Assembly: GCA_902552755.1 (NCBI GenBank)
Contig: CACDHV010000003.1
Coordinates: forward strand, 921-64,920
DNA length: 64,000 bases
Source of the DNA: an uncultured Pelagibacteraceae bacterium
Lineage (GTDB): Bacteria > Pseudomonadota > Alphaproteobacteria > Pelagibacterales > Pelagibacteraceae
Direction of reading: 5' to 3'
Of this stretch, positions 38,676 to 48,486 are shown one piece after another. A model generated the notes under the pieces. That model did not search any database and was not told where the DNA came from. It was given only the letters and a program-made list of their open reading frames with translations. Positions within the stretch are counted from its first letter, which is position 1; every line of letters starts with the position of its first letter. The position numbers were made by a program, and so were the translations under genes.

Positions 38676-39395
38676 CTAGAAATTATCCTTTAAATCTCTC
38701 AATTTTGAAAAGTTTTCAACATTTTTTGATCTTAAAAAAATATTAGTTTTCAGCTCATCCTCAAGTGTTGATGGAATGCTTGGCTGACCTTTGGCCAGTT
38801 GATTTTTAATAAATTCAATTTTCGAAATTAAAGCTTTATTTTCCGGATCGTGTTTTAAACAAAAATCTGAATTTTTTAATGTATATTCATGCCCACAATA
38901 AATTTCTGTCTCAATTGGTAAACTCTTTAATAACTGCAAAGAATTAAACATTTGTTCATGAGTGCCCTCAAACACTCTTCCGCAACCTAATGAAAATAAT
39001 GTATCTCCAGAAAATAATGCTCTTTCATTAAAAAAATAGAAACATATATGGCCCAAAGTATGTCCTGGAATATGAAAAACTTTTGCTTCAAATATACCGT
39101 CTTTCCAAGTTTCATCATTTTTTAATGATATATCTATTTCAGGTATCCTATGTTTATCTTCATGAAAACCTATAACCTTAGCATTGTATAATTTCTTGAG
39201 CTCTTTATTACCTCCTACATGATCATAATGATGGTGAGTATTCATTATGAATTTTAATTTTAGATTAAGACTTTCAATTTTATTTATTACAGGCTTTGCT
39301 TCACTAGGATCTATTACAATAGTAGATTTTGTTAATTGATCAATTAATAAATAGGAAAAATTATCTTCTAAACATTTTATAATTTCTATTTTCAT
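38676..39395 (-). CDS. gloB: Hydroxyacylglutathione hydrolase (glyoxalase II)
   Basis: THHHYDHVGG, PGHTLGH, GDTLFSLGCGR, YCGHEYT, LR..KDNF. Confidence 0.95.
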   Translation of the reverse strand: MKIEIIKCLEDNFSYLLIDQLTKSTIVIDPSEAKPVINKIESLNLKLKFIMNTHHHYDHVGGNKELKKLYNAKVIGFHEDKHRIPEIDISLKNDETWKDGIFEAKVFHIPGHTLGHICFYFFNERALFSGDTLFSLGCGRVFEGTHEQMFNSLQLLKSLPIETEIYCGHEYTLKNSDFCLKHDPENKALISKIEFIKNQLAKGQPSIPSTLEDELKTNIFLRSKNVENFSKLRDLKDNF

Positions 39396-39396
39396 T

Positions 39397-39993
39397 TTAT
39401 TTTTCTAATAAAAAAATACCTAACTCAGATATTAGGTTTTTATATTTTAAATTTGAAGTTGTAATATTTGAAATTTTCTCTCCATTTAAAGAAATTGATT
39501 TATAAATATTAACTCTTTTGTTGTTACAAAAATTATAAAAGTCTTGAATTGTACACATATGTAGGTTGGGTGTATTATACCATTGATAAGGTAAATTTTT
39601 TGTAACTGGCATTTCTCCTTTTAATAGCAAATCTAATCTAACTTTCCAATGTCCAAAATTTGGAATTGTAACAATTACCTTTTTTCCTACTCGTAATAAA
39701 TTTTCAATAACATTTTCTGGGCTCATAAATGCTTGAAGAGTTTGACTTAATATTACGTAATCAAATGATAAATCTGGAAATTGCTTTAAATCACTCTCTG
39801 CGTCACCTTCAATAACAGCTAAACCTTTTGATAAACATTTTTTTACTTTTTCTTTAGAAATTTCAAGTCCTCTAACATCTACCACTTTATTTTTTAATAG
39901 ATATTCCATCAAAATTCCATCACCACATCCAACGTCCAAGACTCTTGATTTTTCCTCAATAAACTTAGAAATAACTTTAAATTCTTCTTTCAT
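39397..39993 (-). CDS. metW: Methionine biosynthesis protein MetW
   Basis: VLDVGCGDG, VILSQTLQ, PNFGHW, LPYQWYNTPNLH; downstream of metX. Confidence 0.95.
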   Translation of the reverse strand: MKEEFKVISKFIEEKSRVLDVGCGDGILMEYLLKNKVVDVRGLEISKEKVKKCLSKGLAVIEGDAESDLKQFPDLSFDYVILSQTLQAFMSPENVIENLLRVGKKVIVTIPNFGHWKVRLDLLLKGEMPVTKNLPYQWYNTPNLHMCTIQDFYNFCNNKRVNIYKSISLNGEKISNITTSNLKYKNLISELGIFLLEK

Positions 39994-41110
39994 TAATATT
40001 AGAATAAGTTGTATTTAAATAATTTTTAATAGTACTTAAAAAATCTGGCACGTCTAATAGAAAGGAATCGTGGCCTTTGTCGGTTTTTATTTCTACAAAA
40101 CCAACATCAGCACCAATTGCATTAAGCGCTATTACAATATCTTTATTCTCAGAGGTTGGGTATAACCAATCAGAAGTAAATGAAATGATGAAAAATTTTG
40201 TCTTGGTATCTTTAAATGCTTTGGAAAGATTTCCTCCATATTGTTTAGTTAAATCAAAATAATCCATCGCTCTAGTGATATACAAATAACTATTTGCGTC
40301 GAATCTATCTACAAATACAGAACCTTGATATCTCAAATAACTCTCAATTTGAAAGTCAGCATCAAATCCAAATTTTAAATCAGATCTTTCTTGAAGATTC
40401 CTTCCAAACTTTTCTTGTAAACCTTGTTTTGATAAATATGTGATATGAGCAGCCATCCTAGCAACAGCCAAACCTTTATCTGGATTTGTTGATTTTTCAT
40501 AATACAATCCCTCTTTCCAATTGCTATCAGACATTATTGCTTGTCTTCCAAGTTCATTAAAAGCAATATTTTGAGCTGAATGACTAGCCGTACAAGCAAT
40601 TGGTAAAGCTACTTTAGCCTTATTGGGAAAGTTTGATACGAATTGTAAAACTTGCATTCCACCCATGGAGCCGCCAGCAACTGCAAATAATTTTTCTATT
40701 TTTAAGTAATCTAATAAATTGTATTGAGCGTTAACCATATCGTTAATTGTAATTACAGGAAAATTTGTACCTATAGGTTTATTGGTCAAAGGATCAATAG
40801 TTCCTGGTCCGTAGGATCCCATACATCCACCAATAACATTTGCACAGATAACAAAAAATTTATCAGTATCGAATGACTTACCTGGACCAACTGCATAGTT
40901 CCACCAACCCTCTTTTTTTGTAATTGGATTGATGCCTGAAGCATACTGGTCGCCAGTTAACGCATGAAAAATTAATATAGCATTGTCTTTCTTCTCATTA
41001 AGATTTCCATAGGTCTCATAAGCTAATGGAAAGTTCGATATTTCTTTACCACAATCAAGCTTAAGAGTTTTCTCAATAATTATATTTTTCATTCTATTTA
41101 AATTGCTCAT
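39977..41110 (-). CDS. metX: Homoserine O-acetyltransferase
   Basis: HALTGD, GGCMGS, GGSMGGMQ nucleophile, RFDANSY, GHDSFLL. Confidence 0.96.
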   Translation of the reverse strand: MSNLNRMKNIIIEKTLKLDCGKEISNFPLAYETYGNLNEKKDNAILIFHALTGDQYASGINPITKKEGWWNYAVGPGKSFDTDKFFVICANVIGGCMGSYGPGTIDPLTNKPIGTNFPVITINDMVNAQYNLLDYLKIEKLFAVAGGSMGGMQVLQFVSNFPNKAKVALPIACTASHSAQNIAFNELGRQAIMSDSNWKEGLYYEKSTNPDKGLAVARMAAHITYLSKQGLQEKFGRNLQERSDLKFGFDADFQIESYLRYQGSVFVDRFDANSYLYITRAMDYFDLTKQYGGNLSKAFKDTKTKFFIISFTSDWLYPTSENKDIVIALNAIGADVGFVEIKTDKGHDSFLLDVPDFLSTIKNYLNTTYSNINERRI

Positions 41111-41145
41111 AAAAATTTCGCTGAAATGAATTGTGAGAAAAAAAA

Positions 41146-41196
41146 CTTATTTAGCAGGTTTTTTAAAGCGCTCGCAATTCAGTTAAATCAGCGCAA
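41146..41196 (-). ncRNA. SAM-II (SAM_alpha) riboswitch upstream of metX
   Basis: Minus strand reads GCGCUGAUUUAACUGAAUUGCGAGCGC-UUUAAAAAACCU-GCUAAAUAAG: GCGC/GCGC P1, UGAUUU, UUGC and GCUAAA hallmarks of SAM-II, in the canonical metX context. Confidence 0.92.
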
Positions 41197-41200
41197 AAAG

Positions 41201-41229
41201 CTTTTATAAGATAGCTTTTTAGATGTCAA
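41201..41229 (-). promoter_or_regulatory. sigma70 promoter of the metX leader
   Basis: Perfect TTGACA-N17-TAAAAG; the predicted start (about 41194) coincides with the first base of riboswitch P1. Confidence 0.65.
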
Positions 41230-41293
41230 TTTTTTTAGAATTATTGATTGTATTATCTAATTATCTGACTATTTATTAATAAAACTAAGCATC

Positions 41294-42379
41294 ATGAATA
41301 CTCCATTATTTAGAAAATTAAACCTAGAGGCCTACAAGCCTGGAAGATCCTTCTTAAATAAAAAAAAAAGTATAATAAAACTATCAGCTAATGAATCAGC
41401 TTTAGGCATGAGCAAAAATGCTAAGAAAGCAATAATAAAATCCAAAAATAATATATCAAAGTATCCAGATGGAAAATTTAAAGAATTAACATCCACAATT
41501 TCAAAAAAATTCAATTGCAAGCAAAATCAGATTATCTGTGGATCTGGATCTGACGAAATTATTCAAATGCTATGTCAGTTATTTTTGAACAAAGGAGATG
41601 AAGTAGTCGTGCCAGAGTACAGTTTTTTAATGTACAGAATTTATGCAAAGATAGTAGGAGCAAAAGTTATATTGTCTAAAGAAAAAAATTTTAAAGTATC
41701 AAATGATGAAATTATAAAAAAAACAACTAAAAGAACAAAAATTGTATTTATAGCTAATCCAAATAATCCTACAGGCACATATATTTCTAAAAACCAACTA
41801 TTAGACCTAAGGAGGCGATTAAATAAAAAAATTTTATTGGTAGTCGATGATGCATATTTTGAATATATGTTAAATAAAGATTATAGATCAGGCCTGGAAC
41901 TTTTTAAAAATCAAAATAATGTATTTATATTAAGAACTTTTTCAAAAATTTATGGTCTTGCATCTCTCAGAGTTGGATGGGGTTATGGAAGTAAAAAAAT
42001 TATAGATGCTTTATATAAAATTAAACCACCGTTTAATGTAAATAAGATAGCACAGGAATGTGCAGTTGAATCTCTTAAAGATAAAAGTTTTATAAAAAAA
42101 TCTGTAAAACATAATTTAGATTGGGCTAGAAAAATAAAAAAAATAATGAATTCTTATAGTATTCAAACAAATGAAATTGGACCAAATTTTTTTCTTTTAG
42201 ATTTTAAACGTTGTAAATTAAATGCAAGCTTTGTTGAGAGAAATCTTGAAAAATCAGGAATTATTCTTAGAGAGATGAATTCGTATGGCATTAAAAATTG
42301 TTTAAGGCTTACAATTGGGAATGTGAAAGAAAATATACTTTTAATTAAACAGATGAAAAAAATTTTTAAAAATGTTTAA
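41294..42379 (+). CDS. hisC: Histidinol-phosphate aminotransferase
   Basis: KLSANES, GSGSDE, NPNNPTG, DDAY, RTFSKIYGLASLRVGW. Confidence 0.95.
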   Translation: MNTPLFRKLNLEAYKPGRSFLNKKKSIIKLSANESALGMSKNAKKAIIKSKNNISKYPDGKFKELTSTISKKFNCKQNQIICGSGSDEIIQMLCQLFLNKGDEVVVPEYSFLMYRIYAKIVGAKVILSKEKNFKVSNDEIIKKTTKRTKIVFIANPNNPTGTYISKNQLLDLRRRLNKKILLVVDDAYFEYMLNKDYRSGLELFKNQNNVFILRTFSKIYGLASLRVGWGYGSKKIIDALYKIKPPFNVNKIAQECAVESLKDKSFIKKSVKHNLDWARKIKKIMNSYSIQTNEIGPNFFLLDFKRCKLNASFVERNLEKSGIILREMNSYGIKNCLRLTIGNVKENILLIKQMKKIFKNV

Positions 42380-43271
42380 AAATATATTAATCGTTGGTTG
42401 TGGATTAATTGGATCTTCAATTTTAAGAGCATCTATAAATAATAAAACTTCTAAAAACTTTTTTGTTTTCGAAAAATCAAAAAAAAATATTAGAGAAATA
42501 AAAAAAATAAATAAAAGAATAATTATTTTAAAGAAACTAGATAATAGAATTTCAGATATTGATCTTGTTATACTTGCAACTCCGATGAGTCAGTATGAAA
42601 GAGTTATCCCCTATTTAAATAAGCATTTAAGTAAAAAATCTTTAATTACCGATGTAGGCTCTACTAAGGAAAATATTAGAAAATTAAAAAATAATAGCCT
42701 ATCAAAGTCACTTCATTGGATTATGAGTCATCCGATATCTGGATCAGAGGTAAGTGGACCAAAGTATGGAAGTAAAAGTCTATTTATTAATAAATGGTGT
42801 ATAGTTTTTAAAGACAAAAACAAAATTAAACTGAAAAAATTGGTTAATTTTTGGAAAAAAATTGGTTCTAAAGTAATAATTATGGATGAGAAAGTTCACG
42901 ATAAGATATTTTCTATTACAAGTCATTTACCCCACTTAATAGCTTACAATTTAATAAAGACTGCTCAAGATTTTCAAAAAACTCAAAAAAAAGATGTCAT
43001 TAAATTTAGTGCGGGAGGGTTAAGAGATTTTTCAAGGATAGCCGCATCAAATGAAATAATGTGGAGAGATATTTTTTTTAATAATAAAAAAAATGTTGTT
43101 AGTGCAATAAACTTATTTATCAAAAATTTAAAATCTTTTAAAAAAAATATTGAAAATTTAGATGACAATACATTGAGAAAAAAATTAGTTAATTCAAAAA
43201 AAGTAAGACAGCAAATATTGAATTTAAAACAAGATATAGCGAAACCAGATTTTGGAAGAGATCAAAACTAA
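42372..43271 (+). CDS. tyrA: Prephenate/cyclohexadienyl dehydrogenase
   Basis: GCGLIGSS, DVGSTK, HPISGSE, SHLPH, GGLRDFSRIA....MWRDIF. Confidence 0.93.
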   Translation: MFKNILIVGCGLIGSSILRASINNKTSKNFFVFEKSKKNIREIKKINKRIIILKKLDNRISDIDLVILATPMSQYERVIPYLNKHLSKKSLITDVGSTKENIRKLKNNSLSKSLHWIMSHPISGSEVSGPKYGSKSLFINKWCIVFKDKNKIKLKKLVNFWKKIGSKVIIMDEKVHDKIFSITSHLPHLIAYNLIKTAQDFQKTQKKDVIKFSAGGLRDFSRIAASNEIMWRDIFFNNKKNVVSAINLFIKNLKSFKKNIENLDDNTLRKKLVNSKKVRQQILNLKQDIAKPDFGRDQN

Positions 43272-44020
43272 ATTGATATAATTTTAATCACTTTTAAATT
43301 TGTAGTTTTTTCAATTAATTTAATGGTTTTTATTATTGGCATTATTATTACTTTTTTTCTTGGTCCATATGCATGAATTAATTCTTTTGTATTTAAACAA
43401 ACTGCAACATGTCCTTTCCAAAAAATAATATCTCCTTTCTTAAAAACTCTTTTATTCCTAACACCTTTTTTGATTTTAACTTGATCTTTTGTATCTCTAG
43501 GAAAGAACTTACGGTTATATTTATAAAAAATTTGGAGTAATGCCGAACAATCAATACCATCAAAAGTTTTGCCACCCCATTTATATTTAATATTCAAAAA
43601 AAGTTTTAATATTTTACTAAAATTATAATTTCTTTTATTTAATCTTTCTAATTCATTTAATTTTATCCATTTATTCTTTTCAAACATTACAAAGTTGTTT
43701 TTTTTATTTAAAATCTGAATTTCAGATGAAAATGGAAGGTATTTTCTTGTTAAAAATTTAATATTGTTTTTTGGTTTGTTATAAATCTTTGATTTTAATA
43801 TACTGACCTTGTGAGTTTTGTTTAAAACTTTATTAAATTTATTGATTTTAATATAACCTAAGTAATTATCAAAATCAGTTCTGATCTTAAAAAAATCTTT
43901 CTTTTTTCCAATTATCCTAAATTTTTCGCCGTAAATTAATTGTGTACTTATATTTGATTTCTTTGAGTCCAGCTCATAAACGTTTAAATAGGAGTCCTTA
44001 CAGAAATAGCTATTTTGCAC
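43268..44020 (-). CDS. NlpC/P60 cysteine peptidase with N-terminal SH3-like region (YkfC-like)
   Basis: TQLIYGE, YKWGG...GIDCSAL, PRD..DQ, GDIIFWKGHVA, LIHA; GTG start; no signal peptide. Confidence 0.88.
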   Translation of the reverse strand: MQNSYFCKDSYLNVYELDSKKSNISTQLIYGEKFRIIGKKKDFFKIRTDFDNYLGYIKINKFNKVLNKTHKVSILKSKIYNKPKNNIKFLTRKYLPFSSEIQILNKKNNFVMFEKNKWIKLNELERLNKRNYNFSKILKLFLNIKYKWGGKTFDGIDCSALLQIFYKYNRKFFPRDTKDQVKIKKGVRNKRVFKKGDIIFWKGHVAVCLNTKELIHAYGPRKKVIIMPIIKTIKLIEKTTNLKVIKIISI

Positions 44021-45383
44021 CAATTTTAACTTTATTCCTTATAAACCAAAGACAAATTAGTGATGGTATCACCATTACTGTTGTTATTATAAAAAATGTA
44101 CCCCAGTCTCCATTTAGCCAATCTACTAGTGCACCTGATGAAGAGGCAAGGGTAGTTCTTCCAGCAGTTCCAATGGATGCTAATAATGCATATTGAGTTG
44201 CCGTATAGGTCCTATCTACTAATAAAGAAATAAAAGCAACAAATGCAACTGTTGCAAATGCAGCTGTTATATCATCAGCTATCACAGCTATTGCAAATAA
44301 TAATTCTGATTTACCTGTCCAGGCCAATAATGCAAAAAGTAAATTAGTTATAGCCATCAAACCTCCAGCAAAAAACATAGTTTTGACTGTTCCGGCTCTC
44401 ATCGCCATTATACCACCTAATAAAGTGAAAACTACGGTTGTTATCCATCCTAATCCTTTAGAATAAATTGCTATTTGTCCTTTTGAAAATCCAATTTCTT
44501 TATAAAAAACAATAGACATACGTCCTAGAAATGCCTCACCTATTTTAAATAAAAACACAAATCCTAATATACCAACTGCAATTGCAAAACCATTTTTCTT
44601 GAAAAAACTTATTATTGGTCCACCAATAGTTCCCGAAATGTAAGCAATAAAATTTGTTAAAACATTATTTGATCCAAGCTTGTTTATAATCATTTGATCT
44701 GTTTCTTTTTGATTATTTTGTCTGCTATTATCAATTGGTTCATGAACAAACATCAAACAAATATTCATTAAAATAATTAAAACACCTAAAACCAAAAAAG
44801 TAGCTTGCCAATAATCTGCTACTCCCATATTTTGAAAAAATTCAGCAGTAAATAATGCTACAACGCCTCCTAATTTATAACCAGTCCACCAACCAACTAC
44901 TGCCATAGCTGCTCCAGCTGCCATGGATTTTCCCTCATTTGCATCAATTTGTTCAATTCTTAACGCATCAACAGTTATATCTTGGGTTGCAGAAGCTATT
45001 GCAATTATTAATCCAACACTAATCAAAAGTGCTAAATTTTGTGTAGGATTTATAAAACTCCAAACTATCAAGCTAAGTAAAATGATTAATTGCATTAAGA
45101 CAATCCAACCTCGTCTATGTCCTAATTTTTTTGTCAAGAGTGGAATTTGTATTCTATCAATTATTGGAGCCCATAAATAATTAAAGGCATACACCCCAAA
45201 TATTAATCCTGCCCAACCAATTGTTGATCTACTTAATCCCTCTTCCTTTAGCCAAAGACTTAAGCTACTTGCAATTAATACCCATGGAAAACCACTTATT
45301 GCTCCTAGAAGCAATATTCTTAACATTCTTATATCTTTATATACAAATAATGAGTCAACCCAGCTCTGTTTTGTTTCAGACAT
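44010..45383 (-). CDS. ampG: AmpG-family muropeptide MFS permease
   Basis: LGAISGFP, LWAPIID, RRGW, SATQDITVDALRIE, ATQYAL; its ATG overlaps the trkH stop (TAATG). Confidence 0.92.
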   Translation of the reverse strand: MSETKQSWVDSLFVYKDIRMLRILLLGAISGFPWVLIASSLSLWLKEEGLSRSTIGWAGLIFGVYAFNYLWAPIIDRIQIPLLTKKLGHRRGWIVLMQLIILLSLIVWSFINPTQNLALLISVGLIIAIASATQDITVDALRIEQIDANEGKSMAAGAAMAVVGWWTGYKLGGVVALFTAEFFQNMGVADYWQATFLVLGVLIILMNICLMFVHEPIDNSRQNNQKETDQMIINKLGSNNVLTNFIAYISGTIGGPIISFFKKNGFAIAVGILGFVFLFKIGEAFLGRMSIVFYKEIGFSKGQIAIYSKGLGWITTVVFTLLGGIMAMRAGTVKTMFFAGGLMAITNLLFALLAWTGKSELLFAIAVIADDITAAFATVAFVAFISLLVDRTYTATQYALLASIGTAGRTTLASSSGALVDWLNGDWGTFFIITTVMVIPSLICLWFIRNKVKIGAK

Positions 45384-46831
45384 TAATATTTTCTCCAAAA
45401 TGATGGAATAAACAATACTAGTACAGCAAACAACTCTAATCTACCTAAAATCATCGCTAAGCTTAAAATCCATTTTGAAAAATCAGATAAATTAGAAAAG
45501 TTACCATTTGGACCAATAATATCACCTAAACCAGGTCCTACATTTGATATCGATGTTGCAGCAGCAGATATTGAGGTTGTCAAATCTAAACCACTAGTTG
45601 ATAAAAGAGCAGTTATAATAAAAAAAATTACGATATATAAAAATATAAAGGAAATAATTGATGCTAAAAACTTTTCATCAATATTATTATTTTCATATTT
45701 TATTTTAAATATACCTCTTGGATAAATTATTTTCTTTAGTTGTACAGAAATAAACTGGAATAAAATTTGGACTCTAAATATTTTAATCCCACAAGCTGTT
45801 GAGCCTGCACATCCACCGATAAACATAAGAATAAGAAAATAGATTAATGGGAATTGACCCCAATCACTAAAGTTTTGAGTTACATAACCAGTTCCAGTTA
45901 AAATTGATATTACATTAAATGCAACTGACCTAATACTTGTATCAAAAAAACTTTGATTTTTTGTAAGTAGATATAGATACATTAAAAGAATTGAAAAAAG
46001 GACAATCTTTATAAAAGTTTTAATTTGTGTATCGTTAAAAAATATTTTTTTGTCTCCATTTAAGTATTTGATATAGGCAATAAATGGAATGCTTCCTAAA
46101 ATTATAAATATAATTGATGTAAATTCAATAAGTGAACTATCAAAATATCCAATAGACTCATTATAATTTGAAAAACCCCCTGTTGCAATTGTTGTCATTG
46201 AGTGAACTGTGCTATCAAAAAAGTTCATTCCAAATATTTTATAAAACAATGCACATATAAAAGTTAATCCTGTGTATACCAAGATTAGTCTCAATGCTAT
46301 TTCTTTTGATCTAGGTAAAATTTTTTCTGGGGTATCGCTTGTGGATATAATAAACAGCTGCATTCCACCAATATTCATAAGCGGCATTAAAGTAATTGCC
46401 ATAACGATAATACCAATTCCACCTAACCATTGAAGCATTCCTCTCCAAAGTAATATACTTTTTGGAGTTTCATTTAAATTGGTGATTATAGTTGATCCAG
46501 TTGTAGTAATACCTGACATGCTCTCAAAAAAAGCGTCTGTAGCACTTAAATTTATCTCAGAAAATATAAATGGAAGTGAACCAAAAATAGCAATACTCAA
46601 CCAAGATAATGCTGTTAAAAGAAATGCTTGTGGTAAGCTAATTTTTTTATCATGATCTAAATTTGATAGTAAAAAGAGAATTCCAAATATAACAGTTATA
46701 ATTCCAGAACTTATAAAACTAGAATCTAATTCATCATAAAAAAACTGCGCTAAAATTGGCGCAATCATCGATAAACCTAAAATAATTTGTAAAATTCCTA
46801 AGGTAAAAAAAACTGTTTTATAATTGGACAT
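45383..46831 (-). CDS. trkH: Trk potassium uptake membrane protein
   Basis: FESMSGITTTG, QWLGGIG, ATGGFS, IGGCAGST..GIK, NVGPG, LGRLE. Confidence 0.95.
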   Translation of the reverse strand: MSNYKTVFFTLGILQIILGLSMIAPILAQFFYDELDSSFISSGIITVIFGILFLLSNLDHDKKISLPQAFLLTALSWLSIAIFGSLPFIFSEINLSATDAFFESMSGITTTGSTIITNLNETPKSILLWRGMLQWLGGIGIIVMAITLMPLMNIGGMQLFIISTSDTPEKILPRSKEIALRLILVYTGLTFICALFYKIFGMNFFDSTVHSMTTIATGGFSNYNESIGYFDSSLIEFTSIIFIILGSIPFIAYIKYLNGDKKIFFNDTQIKTFIKIVLFSILLMYLYLLTKNQSFFDTSIRSVAFNVISILTGTGYVTQNFSDWGQFPLIYFLILMFIGGCAGSTACGIKIFRVQILFQFISVQLKKIIYPRGIFKIKYENNNIDEKFLASIISFIFLYIVIFFIITALLSTSGLDLTTSISAAATSISNVGPGLGDIIGPNGNFSNLSDFSKWILSLAMILGRLELFAVLVLFIPSFWRKY

Positions 46832-46917
46832 TTTGATTGGACATTATTTTATGGTAAATAAATTTCAACTCTATAAGAATTATTAAAAACGTTATTTTAT
46901 AAGCTGTTTAATTAAAA

Positions 46918-48486
46918 GTGATAGATAAAACCAACATAGATAAAACAAACGCTTGGCCCTTTGTTGAAGCTAAAAAGCTTCTAAGAGAGAGAAAAAAAAA
47001 TATAGAAAATAAAGGAAAAATTATTTTACAAACAGGATACGGTCCTAGTGGTTTACCTCACATTGGTACTTTTGGTGAAGTGGCAAGAACTTCAATGATT
47101 GTTAATGCATTAAATCATTTATCAGACCTCCCTAAAGAAATAATTACTTTTTCTGATGATATGGATGGACTTAGAAAAGTTCCAGAAAATATTCCCAATC
47201 CTGAAAAACTTGAAGAAAATCTTCATAAACCTTTAACTCAAGTTCCAGATCCTTTTGGAAAATTTAATAGTTTTGGTGAACACAATAATGAAATGTTAAA
47301 AAATTTTTTAGATAAATTTAAGTTTGAATACAGTTTTAAAAGTTCATCCGTTCTATATAAGTCTGGTTTTTTTAACGATACATTAAAATTAATTTTAGAA
47401 AATTATGAAGGAATAATGAATATAATCATTCCTACTCTTGGTAAAGAGAGACAAAAAACATATTCTCCTTTTTTACCAATATGTCCAGATACAGGGATTG
47501 TATTAGAGATACCAGTCTCAGAGATAGATACTAAAAATTCAAAAATAATTTTTGATAATAACGGCAAAAAACTAGAACAAAGTATTTTAGATGGCAATTG
47601 CAAATTACAATGGAAAGTAGATTGGGCTATGAGATGGTATGCCCTTGATGTAGATTTTGAAATGTATGGAAAAGATTTAATTGAGAGTGCAATTTTATCT
47701 ACTAAAATCATAAAATTATTGGGCAAGTCAAATCCATCTGGCTTTGCATATGAGTTATTTCTAGATGAAAAAGGTGAAAAAATATCTAAGTCCAAAGGAA
47801 ATGGTATAACAATCGATCAATGGTTAGAGTATGCATCACCTGAAAGTCTCTCCTTGTATATGTACCAGAATCCAAAGAGAGCAAAAAAACTTTTTAGAGA
47901 AGTAGTACCAAAGGCTGTCGATGAATATCTTGATTTTATTGAAAAAGGTAAAACTCAAAACGAACTTCAAAAACTAATGAACCCTGTTTGGCATGTTCAT
48001 AATTCAAAAATACCACAAGAAAATTCAATTATGTCCTTCTCAATGCTTTTAAATTTAGTTGAGACCAGCAATGCTGATAATAAAGAATTACTTTGGAAGT
48101 TTGTAAAGAAATATAAGAAAGATATTAATGAGAATATGTATCCAATTTTTGACAAATTAATATCCTATGCAATTAAATATTTTAATGACGCTATAAAATC
48201 TAAAAAGATTTATAAAAAACCAAATGAAAGTGAAAAAATCGCTTTAGATGCTTTAGTAAACTCTTTAGATAACTGCGATGACGCAATGAAACCAGAGGAT
48301 ATTCAGACTACTATTTATACAGTCGGCAAAGAGAATGGTTATAAAGAAAATTTGCGCGATTGGTTCAAGTTAATATATGAGGTAGTTTTTGGGGTAGAAA
48401 ATGGACCACGATTTGGTTTTTTTATAAGCTTTTTTGGAGTTCAAGAAACTAAAGAATTAATAAAAAGTAAATTAGAAAATGTTTAA
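46918..48486 (+). CDS. lysS: Lysine--tRNA ligase, class I
   Basis: GYGPSGLPHIGTFGE (HIGH-like), KISKSKGN (KMSKS-like), GPRFG. Confidence 0.96.
   Translation: MIDKTNIDKTNAWPFVEAKKLLRERKKNIENKGKIILQTGYGPSGLPHIGTFGEVARTSMIVNALNHLSDLPKEIITFSDDMDGLRKVPENIPNPEKLEENLHKPLTQVPDPFGKFNSFGEHNNEMLKNFLDKFKFEYSFKSSSVLYKSGFFNDTLKLILENYEGIMNIIIPTLGKERQKTYSPFLPICPDTGIVLEIPVSEIDTKNSKIIFDNNGKKLEQSILDGNCKLQWKVDWAMRWYALDVDFEMYGKDLIESAILSTKIIKLLGKSNPSGFAYELFLDEKGEKISKSKGNGITIDQWLEYASPESLSLYMYQNPKRAKKLFREVVPKAVDEYLDFIEKGKTQNELQKLMNPVWHVHNSKIPQENSIMSFSMLLNLVETSNADNKELLWKFVKKYKKDINENMYPIFDKLISYAIKYFNDAIKSKKIYKKPNESEKIALDALVNSLDNCDDAMKPEDIQTTIYTVGKENGYKENLRDWFKLIYEVVFGVENGPRFGFFISFFGVQETKELIKSKLENV

Noticed and set aside
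46823-46845. 10-nt direct repeat duplicating the trkH start (ATGTCCAAT twice, 13 nt apart), creating an out-of-frame 8-codon uORF
   Set aside because: It could be chance, a small duplication or another one-base homopolymer error; no further support.
46918-48486. Class I lysyl-tRNA synthetase as an anomaly
   Set aside because: Class I LysRS is normal in many alphaproteobacteria.
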